A DNA stretch of 63,614 bases, counting the filler, from Nemertoderma westbladi (Eukaryota > Animalia > Xenacoelomorpha): assembly GCA_032718475.1 (NCBI GenBank). It is 4 parts of 4 records of this genome, joined end to end, with 100 filler letters (N's around TTAATTAATTAA, not from the genome) between each part and the next. Parts side by side here need not be neighbours in the genome. Positions count along the whole stretch, not along the records: positions 24,334 to 44,784 come from JAUCBJ010002067.1; 3 more parts are not named here. One strand, written 5' to 3'. A program made the translations under genes and the position numbers. The notes under the pieces were generated by a model. The model was not told the DNA's origin. It did no database searches and saw nothing but the letters and a program-made list of their open reading frames with translations. Shown here in pieces: positions 24,334 to 36,900 of the stretch; the first letter of the stretch is position 1, and every line of letters begins with the position of its first letter.

Positions 24334-26621
24334 TATCTGGAGGGCGGTAATGCGATGGGCCTGCGCCAAGGCTCAGACCCCATATAGTAGCACGCAATGG
24401 TCGGACGATGACCGAATAGCATTGGATGAACTTATCGAACCGCTGATACCCCATATTCGATTCATGCTCATCGACTCCAAGGTCTACGCCAACGAGGTTG
24501 AAGTGACGCGACTTGTTCCGCCTCACATCACCTTGGAGCGGTTAGTATAGTAGATGTTATTAATGTAAGAAATAATTATTGAATATAATATATTGAATAA
24601 TTACTAAAAGTGAGCTAGACAGCAGCATTAAAAGCATTGTCCCCTAACAGTGACTCCTTCAAGGGATTAAACAAAATTATTTTTGACAAATTAGTTTGCT
24701 AATTAAATAGTGTGGGTTTATTATATTTAATATTCATTAATTCTAGAATCATTATAGTCCTGTAGACATTAGTCGATTTTTTAGATTTTTTCTGCGATGA
24801 ATTAAATAACTATTATTCAATTGTTAAAACATTTATCCGCTGCACCAACTGTGTTAATAAACCATATACATAATAGAACCCATTTCCACTCGTGAGTATA
24901 AAGTCTTTATTTCACGCACATTGCAGAAATGAACCCCCTGGGTAGACCATGGATTGCTCAAAATAAGAAATAAAAATTATGCATTTTTATCCCTAGGAAA
25001 AAATGTAAAGAAAATGCCTCAAGAATAGTGAAAAATAGTATAATAATTATTTTTATTTCTAGTATTTCTGTATACAAACTATACATATACTATTATTATT
25101 ATTCCAATTTTATGTAATAAATGTTTTTTTTATATTAGGTACAAATTGTCGGCAATACCGACTCGAGTGACCGAACTTGGTTCCGATCTGGGTCTGCAAC
25201 CTCGGATCATTTACCGACTGTTTGGCGACACGGAGATCTTATCGAACCAGTTCCGATCGCTGCAACGTTATCTCGCTACCTGGTTCGGCAACATGCACCA
25301 ACAGTGGCGGTTACTGTACCGTGGCTCCCGGGATGGATACACCGGCCGCGCGTTCCATCAGAACGCCGACGGATATTCCCCAACCTATACGATTATTTTG
25401 GTTAGTGGGGTCTATTTCAGTAGTCCATTTCTGCATAGTACTATTTCAGACAGATAGTGGCGGAAATTGAACGAAATTGAAAAAGTGACCGACAGCTCCA
25501 ATTGTTTGCATAGGAAATAAAGTTTTGTGTATTGTTTTGACTGCAACCATCAAAATTATTCCTGAAGTGTCTTGAGGAATTGGGGAATAAGCAGGTTGTA
25601 ATCCCTCAGTGATGAGTTGAATTCCCTTGTATGAGAGTTCGCGACAAGCGCACAGGGTTAATCCCCAGGGTGTTTGTATTGTCTCTGTGTGCGACATGCA
25701 TCCAAAGTTTGATTACCTCTCACTAATTGTCTTCTATTTCCCAACGCTTCGATGATGCTCACTCAAGCAGTAAACATTCAAATGATGATGATATTGGTCG
25801 ATGTGATTTTTGTTGATATGTCCATATTTTTTTAACTACACATCATATTCATAATATATTAGTTTGAGTAAGCCGAGCAATCGGAAAGTTGTTACAAACA
25901 GTCAGATATTAATTCTAGACTCAACTGTCGATTTGTTTTGCAGACAACCGGCGGAAACATATGCGGCGGCTATACGGATGTTCCCTGGGATGGGAACAAC
26001 GACGAACGGGAGGGGATGTATAGCGAATCCAATAACAGTTTCCTTTTCACGTTGAATAACAAAGAAAACTTCCCAGCCATGCAGTTCCCAATCCAACAGC
26101 CAGCTTACGCAATTTGCAGTCATGCTGAGTTAGTATCGCATTAAGCAGTGACGTGTGTTGCATTATTGTTTGGTTAGAATAACGTGCCCCTGTATCTGTA
26201 ACCTGCACCTTTCCCTAAACTTATAAATAACATTGTTAATTCGCCAAGTCGGGAATTTAATTCTCCAAGATGGGAATTGCGTTTGAAGTTTCCCCCTGTC
26301 TTGTCTCGGTACAAATAGAGTAGAGATTATGTGACTTACAAATATAATTAGATATTTGTACCTCATTTTATGTGTTCTAATTTGAGCGCTATTACATTAT
26401 TTTCATTCAGCTATGGACCGGTGTTCGGTGCAGGACCTGATCTAATGATAGCCGATAATTGTAACACAAACAACGAGTCCAGAACGAACTTCCCTCATTC
26501 GTATTCGGCTAGAGATATGCCGCAGTCAATCCTCACAGGAGACCCGAAGTTTGCAGTTCATGATATTGAGGTTTACACTGTGAAAGAAGCAGTCTCAAGC
26601 ATACCACCAATGGAACAATAG
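24334..26621 (+). CDS. BACK + TLDc domain protein (probably BTB-BACK-TLDc), 3' four exons: <24334-24540, 25139-25400, 25944-26128, 26411-26621
   Basis: BACK-like IWRAVMRWA..LIPHIRFMLI. TLDc motifs WRLLYRGSRDGY..AFHQNADG..PTYTII, GGYTDVPW, SFLFTL, YGPVFGAGPDLMI and FAVHDIEVY. GT-AG introns with matching phases 2, 0, 2. The 5' part is lost in the gap. Confidence 0.9.
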
Positions 26622-26915
26622 ATTGACTAATTAAGTGAAAAACTAATGAAAGGACTACTTGATGAAATTGTAGATTACTTATTTATTATTACCGGTAAAT
26701 GTATAGGTTCCGTAAAGTAATAGCGAATATGTAAGCTTCTTTAATTATACTGTAGATCCTGGAAAACCTTTGTAAGTAAGCATAGACCTTGTGTACTCAT
26801 ATCTGATATATCGTAGACTGTTTCTTTGAAATACTAGCTTCTGTGTAATATAGTGATTCTCTTTTTGGTATTTTTAAATGTTTTTTATTCTATCTTTGTT
26901 GACGCGATGACATAC

Positions 26916-29900
26916 CTGCCGTATCTGCCAGTCTCGCATTATAAGCCTTGTGTGCATCATCGATGTCCGTTGAGCTCTTCAGCTGACAATCTTCTATAAC
27001 CCCTGAGGCCATACCGAGAGCTCCTGGAGCACCATTCGAACCGCAGTTCGCTACCAAATTAAATAAATTTGAACTTTTTAAAATAATTTCTGAGAAATAA
27101 AAATAACTGTTTATATGCAAATAAATTCGCCAGATATAATTGTAACGATTTTAAAAATAATTAACTTCAGTTTCAACTATCTATATATTGATATCAAGTA
27201 ATATTTGTTAGAAGAGTTAATGGTGATGATGGCTGATGTCAAATTAATAGTTTTTGCAATATCATCAAATCACTCTTCGAAATATTCAGTGTAAATTTTG
27301 TATATATATTTAATAAACTTAATTAACTGTTGATGATAGATTAAGGTTTACTTTAGAATAAATTCGGTTAAAATATAAACCTTTTAAAGTTTCTCACAAA
27401 AAACAAGCGATATAAACACGTTTTATGACAATAGTAAACAATTAGGTTATATCATAATAACTTGTAGGTAAGAGACTTACGTTCAAAGAAGAATCGGTAT
27501 GTTACGAATTGGAAAGCCGGTCTATAGTAGTTGCTCCCGGCTGCGTCTTCTGTTAGGCCTTCCGCGTCCGCATAATGGGGCTTCGCGTGGCGTTTCCATT
27601 TGATTTCGGCCGGGGAGGTCGCCCAATAGAGACGAGGTTCCACCAGGATCTCATCTCGATCCACTACCGCGTGCAGCTGAACTCTCAGGGTGTCCGTAAA
27701 GTAAACGCGGTCAGCCTAGACGAGAAGGAATCGGGCACTGTATGTATTGTCAGGAATTCCGCTTACAATAGGTCTACGGTATGTAGGCCTATTGTTTAAT
27801 AAATAATTGAAACATTATGATGTAACGTCATCTTAGTAATTAACTACCATAAAAAGTGGTACTTTACGTGACGCTTATAAACCTGTAGGATCGCAATGTT
27901 AAAAAGTTTAAAATTAAATGATTCACTTACAAATAGTTTGATCAATCCCCCAGCAATGTGTTCTACATTGATTGGCGTATACACGATACCATCCGCCTGA
28001 TTAGTTAGTTCAACTGCCGTGGTGTGACTCAGTTTCCCGTTATCGTCAAACACTGGATTGATATATATAGGCAGATACAGCGCAATTTCCATGTTTAAAG
28101 CTTCGGCCTGCGATACAACCTTGTCCATGTGTTTAACAGTTATGTCGTACGAAACCCTGGATCTGAGATAGAAAAGCAATGTCATTAGATTTGGTGAGAC
28201 TAAGTTAAGTATCAAACATGTTTAATTACAGAATATATATGTAAGAATAAGAATATATCTAATATATATGTAAGAATATATATAATATATATACACGAAA
28301 TTAAAATATAAAAAATTTACCCTCGTTTATATATTTTCTCTACACCATCTAGAGTGTAACTGTGTTCCTCAGGGTTCGTCGGAAACACTTCCATAGTGAG
28401 CTCTAACATTGGGCGCTGAGATCTCTCAAATCTGGAAAACAAAGGAAAAATAATTTCACAATACGACTGTAGACTGCCAATGCGAAATATAGAATAATCA
28501 GCATAAATACATCCAGTAAAATTATTATTAGCGGGGCTGCTAACAGGGAAGTATGCGTGATCAAAGTAATTAGTTGGAAAACTAAACCTTTATCACGGAT
28601 GTAGTTTCTCACTAACCTGGCAGAAATAACATCTTGCAGCACTGATGTAGTTTCTCATTAACCTGACATAAATAACATCTTGCAGCACTGATGTAGTTTC
28701 TCATTAACCTGACAGAAATAACATCTTGAAGCACTGATGTAGTTTCTCACCAACGTGGCAGAAATAACATCTTGAAGCACTGCTGTAGTTTCTCACTAAC
28801 CTAACAGAAATAACATCTTGAAGCACTGTTGTAGTTTCTCAGCAACCTGGCAGAAATAACATCTTGCAGCACTGATGTAGTTTCTCATTAACCTGACAGA
28901 AATAACATCTTGAAGCACTGATGTAGTTTCTCACCAACGTGGCAGAAATAACATCTTACACCACTGATGTAGTTTCTCATTAAGCTGTCAGAAATAACAT
29001 CTTGAAGCACTGATGTAGTTTCTCACCAACGTGGCAGAAATAACATCTTGCAGCACTGATGTAGTTTCTCATTAACCTGACAGAAATAACATCTTGAAGC
29101 ACTGATGTAGTTTCTCGCCAACGTGACAGAAATAACATCTTGCAGCACTGATGTAGTTTCTCATTAAGCTGTCAGAAATAACATCTTGAAGCACTGATGT
29201 AGTTTCTCACCAACGTGGCAGAAATAACATCTTGCAGAACTGATGTAGTTTCTCATTAACCTGACAGAAATAACATCTTGAAGCACTGATGTAGTTTCTC
29301 ACCAACATGGCAGAAATAACATCTTGCAGCACTGATGTAGTTTCTCATTAACCTGGCAGAAATAACATCTTGAAGCACTGATGTAGTTTCTCACTAACCT
29401 GGCAGAAATAACATATTGAAGAACTGATGTAGTTTTTCACTAACCTGGCAGAAATAACATCTTGAAGCACTATTGTAGTTTCTCACTAACCTGGCAGTAA
29501 TAAAATCTTGAATCACTGATGTAGTTTCTCACTAACCTGGCAGAAATAACATCTTGAAGCACTGATATAGATTCTCACTAACCTAGCAGAAATAACATCT
29601 TGAAGCACTGATATATTTTATCACTAACCTAGCAGAAATATCATCTTGAAGCACTGATGTAGTTTCTCACTAACCTGGCAGAAATAACATCTTGAAGCAC
29701 CGATGTAGTTTCTCACTAACCTGGCAGAAGTAACATCTTGCTTGAAGCACTGATGTAGTTTCTCACTGACATGGCAGAAATAACATCTTGCAGCACTGAT
29801 ATAATTTCCCACTAACCTGGCAGAAATAACATCTTGAAGCACTGATGTAGTTTCTCATTATCCTGGCAGAAGTAACATCTTGCAGCACTTATATAATTTC

Positions 29901-32900
29901 TCACTAACCTGGCAGAAATAACAACTTGAAGCACTGATGTAGTTTCTCATTATCCTGGCAGAAATAACATCTTGCAGCACTGATATAATTTCTCACTAAC
30001 CTGGCAGAAATAATATCTTGAAGCACGATGTAGTTTCTCACTAACCTGGCAGAAATAACATCTCGAAGCACGGATGTAGTTTCTCACCAACTTGGCAGAA
30101 CTAACATCTTGCTTGAAGCACTGATATATTTTATCACTAACCTAGCAGAAATATCATCTTGAAGCACTGATGTAGTTTCTCACTAACCTGGCAGAAATAA
30201 CATCTTGAAGCACCGATGTAGTTTCTCACTAACCTGGCAGAAGTAACATCTTGCTTGAAGCACTGATGTAGTTTCTCACTGACATGGCAGAAATAACATC
30301 TTGCAGCACTGATATAATTTCCCACTAACCTGGCAGAAATAACATCTTGAAGCACTGATGTAGTTTCTCATTATCCTGGCAGAAGTAACATCTTGCAGCA
30401 CTTATATAATTTCTCACTAACCTGGCAGAAATAACAACTTGAAGCACTGATGTAGTTTCTCATTATCCTGGCAGAAATAACATCTTGCAGCACTGATATA
30501 ATTTCTCACTAACCTGGCAGAAATAACATCTCGAAGCACGGATGTAGTTTCTCACCAACTTGGCAGAACTAACATCTTGCTTGAAGCACTGATGTAGTTT
30601 CTCACTATCATGGCAGAAATAACATCTTGAAGCACTGATGTAGTTTCTCATTATCCTGGCAGAAATAACATCTTGAAGCACTGATGTAGCTTCTCATTAT
30701 CCTGGCAGAAGTAACATCTTGCAGCACTTATATAATTTCTCACTAACCTGGCAGAAATAACAACTTGAAGCACTGATGTAGTTTCTCATTATCCTGGCAG
30801 AAATAACATCTTGCAGCACGATGTAGTTTCTCACTAACCTGGCAGAAATAACATCTCGAAGCACGGATGTAGTTTCTCACCAACTTGGCAGAACTAACAT
30901 CTTGCTTGAAGCACTGATGTAGTTTCTCACTATCATGGCAGAAATAACATCTTGAAGCACTGATGTAGTTTCTCATTATCCTGGCAGAAATAACATCTTG
31001 AAGCACTGATGTAGCTTCTCATTATCCTGGCAGAAATAACATTTTGCAGCACTGATATAATTTCTCACTAACCTGGCAGTAATAACATCTTGCAGCACTG
31101 ATGTAATTTATCACTAACCTGGCAGTAATAACATCTTGCAGCACTGATATAGTTTCATCACCAGATGAAATAGCCACTGCTATGGTACCATCTCTGCTCG
31201 TATCTACAGTAGTATCGGAATCTTGCATTTCTATGTCAAACTCTACAACAATCTCATCGTCGTAAGCACAATGGTTTTCAATGCGTTTCCAATGCGCTAA
31301 AAATATGAAATACAAATCGTATAAACTTGACCAATCACTTTTTGCTTCTGGGTCTTCCCATCGAACAAGAACACAACCAATAATGGACAAATACTCACTG
31401 ACTTTATGTACAGGCTTTCAACATCGAGGTGATCAGTTCGATACCATCGTTAAGGTAATTCTTACTCGCGTTGACAATAAATGAAAAATTGTTCTAATTT
31501 GTTGAAAAAAAGATTAAATGTATTATTCTTCAGACAAACCTGTGTTTGTTACAACTCCAAGATCAATTAGCACCTTGTCGTTCTGACTGGTACCGTGGGT
31601 TGACACGAATGTGATCAATTCGTCAAGTCGTTCCCCCTTTAATGGGTCCACATCAATGGGTTGACAGCCGAGATCTCGAGGTCTGTTTAACAGATGGTCC
31701 CTGGAAGCCGTTTTGGGACAGGCTAAAATGGGGTCCTCTACAAACTAAACCCATTTGAAAAATAAATTAATTAAAAATGTAAAAAATAATTAATCAATTA
31801 AGTTGCGTCGATAACCATTACTGATTGATTATTAAAGGAAATTAAATTTGAATCACTCACTAACATTGACTTTATTTGAAATATGTTTAACGATTTGAAT
31901 TATAAATAACGATAAATTTGGAAAGAAAACATTTCTACAGAACTGCTGTAAGAGTTTCACTAACACCCAAATAATTATTAATTATAAAGTCGAATAAGGA
32001 TTCCTGCCATACAAAGAGCCGTTCTATACCAACGACTTACATCATAGAACTGATAACAATTGCATTGGAGTTTTGACGATCTTATATTTCTTCCAACATG
32101 CCGTATCTTTGCGGTATCTTTAGCAACAACAATCATTGCTTGACCCAAATCAGCGTCCGTCGGCATCTGAATTTCGATTAAGGTTTTTTCGCTAAGAAGA
32201 TAAATAAAAAACTGTTAAAGTAAGAACAACACTATAGGGAATCAGCATGTTAAATAAAATACATTTGTCTGAAAGCAGGTGGGGGGTAAAGGAGGGACAT
32301 TAAATTTATTTAGAAATATCTCAGTTAGATTTAGGTAGTTTACAGTTAAATTTTAGTAAGCGATGATGCAGTGCAAACACAGATATTGTTAAAGATTATA
32401 ACAACAGGATTGTCTTTTGTAATTTTAAAAGATGACCAATATAATTAAATTTATTCTTTATATTAAAATGTCAATGGTCTCGATAATTAGTCACCTGTAG
32501 TAATTAGCGAAATTCATAACCAGTCGGTAGGTGGCGCTGTCCCTAGCTAAGAGATCCATAGCGGCTCCCCCATCTTCGATCATAGTTGTCCGGCTGAGTG
32601 TAGAGGTGGGCACAGCTACCGGGTGGGGCACGGCATCTTGTAACTGCAACAAAGCGAAATAACAATGAAAATAACACGAAACGTGAACTTTTATAGGAAT
32701 ACAATCGGAGGGGAACACAATTAACGTTGATACTCACCTGGATGGTGTAGGAAACGGGACTCGCGGGTAGTAGCAAACCGGCGTACCAAAGGAATCCAGA
32801 GAGGAGAAGTTCCGATACACTCGGAATCAGTATATCGGGATCGTCGCTAATTACAAGGACCAACTCAAATCGCGCCTGGCGAGGTAAAGAAAGAATCTCG

Positions 32901-33790
32901 TTATTTATTGAAACTAACGACAAATGTACATAAATATATATAATCACATTACGCAACTTATATTATTCAATAATAAACTGTTTATACAAATAATAATTTA
33001 AAATAAAAAATAATAAATAAAAATATTATTATAATTTATTGATCTTAGATTTTGATGTCTCAAAAACACAGAATAAAATTAAAACAGTTTTAAAAAATTA
33101 CAATTAAACAGTTCCATTTCACCAATAAGTCCCACTCTAAAACACAGCAAATATATATTATCAATAACAATACACTAACAAAAACAACTTTGTTTCAAAA
33201 ACTACTTTGTTTCGAACTGCGTAAATCAGTTTCAAAGTTATAAATAAATAATTTAATAAATAAATAATTTAATAAATAAATAATTTAATAAATAAATAAT
33301 TTAATAAATAAATAATTTAATAAATAAATAATATAATAAATAAATAATTTAATAAATAAATAATTTAACAAATAAATAATTTAATAAATAAATAATTTAA
33401 TAAATATATAATTTAATAAATAAATAATTTAATAAATAAATAATTTAATAAATAAATAATTTAATAAATAAATATTTTAATAAATAAATAATTTAATAAA
33501 TAAATAATTTAATAAATAAATAATTTTATCGCGGATTTAGTTGTACTTACCATATTCCCCGGATCTTCAACAGGGTATCCTTCAGTCATTTCCGTGTTAC
33601 ATGTAATTGTCAAATCGAGCTCGATTGCTTTGATAAAACTTTTATCGGAAGGGTCTTCGTTTAGCTCGTAGCGCAAACTCGATTCGATGTTGGTGCGATT
33701 CAAACAGGGTAAATTCATTCCGGCCGATAGTAGACGCATGTCGCAGAGCGATAGAGCCCTGGGGTTAATTTGGTCAACCTCTACCCTTAC
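26916..33790 (-). CDS. Large uncharacterised multi-exon protein ending in a partial discoidin (F5/8 type C) domain; 10 exons: 33790-33551, 32875-32738, 32643-32495, 32191-32041, 31744-31540, 31296-31119, 28431-28321, 28162-27931, 27715-27481, 27050-26916
   Basis: All exons are bounded by AG/GT with compatible phases (0,0,2,0,1,2,2,0,1), giving one stop-free frame with beta-rich segments (VLIDLGVVTNT, DDEIVVEFDIEM). The last exon, NCG..ALGMASGVIEDCQLKSST..AHKAYNARL, matches the start of an F5/8C domain. Start and end exons were not found. Confidence 0.85.
28594..31157 (-). repeat. About 55 tandem copies of a 46-bp exon-end + splice-donor unit
   Basis: Minus-strand unit AACTACATCAGTGCTTCAAGATGTTATTTCTGCCAG|GTTAGTGAGA. 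The first copy is the real end of exon 31296-31119. Confidence 0.95.
33238..33525. repeat. 16-bp pure-AT minisatellite (AATAAATAAATAATTT)n, intronic
   Basis: About 18 near-perfect copies, starting about 25 bp from the donor at 33550. Confidence 0.95.
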
Positions 33791-33995
33791 CTAAAGAGAG
33801 ACACAGAACTGGAGAGAGAGAGAAATAGTATGCTTTATATGCGCAGTAGCAGAACAAAGCGGCAAACATACATCAACGGTTGCAGCATGAGGATGCAAGG
33901 CCGCCGGCCAACCCAGCAACGTTACAGGAATGTAAATGGCTGACAACCACGTTACCGCTCGCCTTCCGGTCGCCATGTAATGGCGGCCGCTGACT

Positions 33996-36900
33996 GTTGT
34001 TACACATTTATTAGCGGGATGATAACTATCCCTAATGCTGGGCTACGGCCAAAAAAGTTATTTTGCCCTAGGGCAAAATAACCATGTTATTCCCTCTTAG
34101 TAGTGAAGTGTTTATCGTGACACCACATACTGACATACAAACATAGGAACCGGTAATGCTGCTGTACTCGTCTTAGGTCTGTTGTGTGTCAGTGTAAATC
34201 AGGTATTCAGACCACCAACTAGTTTTGTATTTAATGTTTCATTATTATTGGGCGTTTTGTATTTCATGTTTCATTATTATTGGGCTGTGCTCCACTAGAC
34301 AGCAAGGCCTATTTATGTCTCATTAATCACCTCATTTGACGAATTATACTGACGGCACTGATCTATGACTAAACTTTCAATTTCCACAGCAAATTAAGAG
34401 GTACCGGTACAGTAGGCCTACATAGTGTCACAGTCCAGAGTCGCACCGTACCAGGTCTGCAGCCTTCAGCCCTGCAGGTAGGTCTAGTTTGGCCTGTATT
34501 TATATAGGCTGCAAGGTACCGTACTACCTCGTACTGCAGTGAGGCGTTTCTCCAGTTCCTTCCTCCTAAATGTCAAAAAAGATATCTAAGAATGTCGTTT
34601 AAATACGTTCGCCTCTTTCTGCCTTTTCCTTTTTAATACAGACATTGAAACGTTTTAATATTAAAGTAAAGTAAAAAAAAGTATTAACCGGTCTTCTAAG
34701 CGGAAGGTCTGGTGTTCAAGCCCCAGAACAGCCAAATTTTTGCTAGCTTCCAGTTGTACTGTAGGCTAATGGCAACCTGTCATGAGTTAAGGAGTAAAGA
34801 ATATGGTTAGATAACCAGAGTACTCGACCTTGGGAGTAGTGTGGTGCCTTTCCCTGCGTCACAGATAATAGCCAAGATAATGTAGCCTTTGGGTTGTTGC
34901 CTCGGGTGTTTCTTCTTACACGTTTAAATATAACTTTACTTTACTTTTATGCAGTTCTTAGCCAACACTACATTTTCTAGACCATACTTTGATATAGTGG
35001 AGCGGAGATAGGTGTTGGTCGACTCTAAGTGACATCCTTCTTTTAAAACTGGCATAACAACCCGTTACTATGGGAATATTAATTACTATTTAGTTAACTT
35101 AAATATAGCTCAAAATGTGGAGAAAAAGAAGTACCTACTTTTTTCCCTAGGGAATAATAGTTAATCATACAGTAGGCCTAGGATTGCATTGAACTTACTT
35201 TTCCCGGCGAAAGATGTAAATGTGAAAATATTTTTCGTGGAATTTCTTAAACTTTATTACATGTGTTGAAAGAGCATCGAAATAGAAAATGTTTTTAGCT
35301 TTAAGAAATATATATATATTAATATATATTCATATACATATAATATATATTCTTAATAAACTTTATATATTCCAGAACCATTAAATTAATTAACATTTTC
35401 CTAAGTACTACATAATTATTTATACTAATAAATGTATTTAATGTGAACGATATACACCCCCCTTCTGTGGGTAGTGGATACATGACATGTCCACCAAAAA
35501 TACTATTCAATTAATTCAGCCAAATTAGTTATATATCCAATTTGAAGTTAATGCAATGTTACTCCTAGCGGCCAATGTAAGAAAATAGGAATTTTAGAAT
35601 GTAAACCATTTACATAAGTTTGACATCAATATTCACCTACAAATTCAGGTGCTTTTTTGATGATCGAATCTTACGGCGATTGGATGAATTAAGCATAGAG
35701 CTATACAACACACATGACACAGTAGGCCTAATGTTTTACCTTTGGAGCTTGGGTGTTATTATTCCCTTGGGCAAAATAACACTTATGCAATTAATGAATT
35801 AAAGTGAAACACACCGAAAATTTTCCAATGCCCTTGGGCAAAATCAATATAAACACCCCCAAAACTTTCCAAGCCCCATTTTGTAAACTCTCCCCCCAAA
35901 CAATGCCCTTTTAGAATCTGTAATAATAGTTGTTAAGGGATAAAAATAATCGAAATGCATACCACAGTACATGTGTAACAACTTACTTATTCCCCAGAAG
36001 TTAGTTATTTTCCCAGTTATTTAACCCTTGGGCAGGAACACCCTCGGGCTTCGCCCTCGGGTTGTTTCCTGCCCGCGGGTTAAATAACTGGGAAAATAAC
36101 TAACTTCTGGGGAATAAGCATAGTTGTTACACATTTATTAGCGGGATGATAACTGTCCCTAATGCTGGGCTACGGCCAAAAAAGTTATTTTGCCCTAGGG
36201 CAAAATAACCATGTTATTCCCTCTTAGTAGTGAAGTGTTTATCGTGACACCACATACTGACATACAAACATAGGAACCGGTATTACTGCTGTACTCGTCT
36301 TAGGTCTGTTGTGTGTCACATCGGGTGTAAATCAGGTATTCATACCACCAACTAGTTTTGTACTTCATGTTTCATTATTATTGGGCGTTTTGTATTTCAT
36401 GTTTCATTATTATTGGGCTGTGCTCCACTAGACAGCAAGGCCTATTTATGTCTCATTAATCACCTCATTGTCATACTCATATTATTGACGAATTATACTG
36501 ACGGCACTGACCCATGACAACTTTCAATTTCCACAGCAAATTAAGAGGTACCGGTACAGTAGGCCTACATAGTGTCACAGTCCAGAGTCGCACCGTACCA
36601 GGTCTGCAGCCCTGCAGGTAGGTCTAGTTTGGCCTGTATTTATATAGGCTGCAAGGTACCGTACTACCTCGTACTGCAGTGAGGCGTTTCTCCAGTTCCT
36701 TCCTCCTAAATTTTAAAAAAAGATATCTAAGAATGTCGTTTAAATACGTTCGCCTCTTTCTGCCTTTTCCTTTTTATTACAGACATTGAAACGTTTTAAT
36801 ATTAAAGTAAAAAAAAGTATTGACCGGTCTTCTAAGCGGAAGGTCTGGTCAAGCCCCAGAACAGCCAAATTTTTGATAGCTTCCAGTTGTACTGTATGCT

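Noticed and set aside
28594-31157. CRISPR-like array, or coding repeat exons (MLQDVISAR ORFs)
   Set aside because: Units abut with no unique spacers, the context is eukaryotic with no cas genes, and the 46-bp period shifts frame and hits stops.
34685-34735. tRNA gene (ggtgttcaagcccc B-box-like; also near 36825)
   Set aside because: No cloverleaf or acceptor stem; at most a SINE-like remnant inside the duplicated element.
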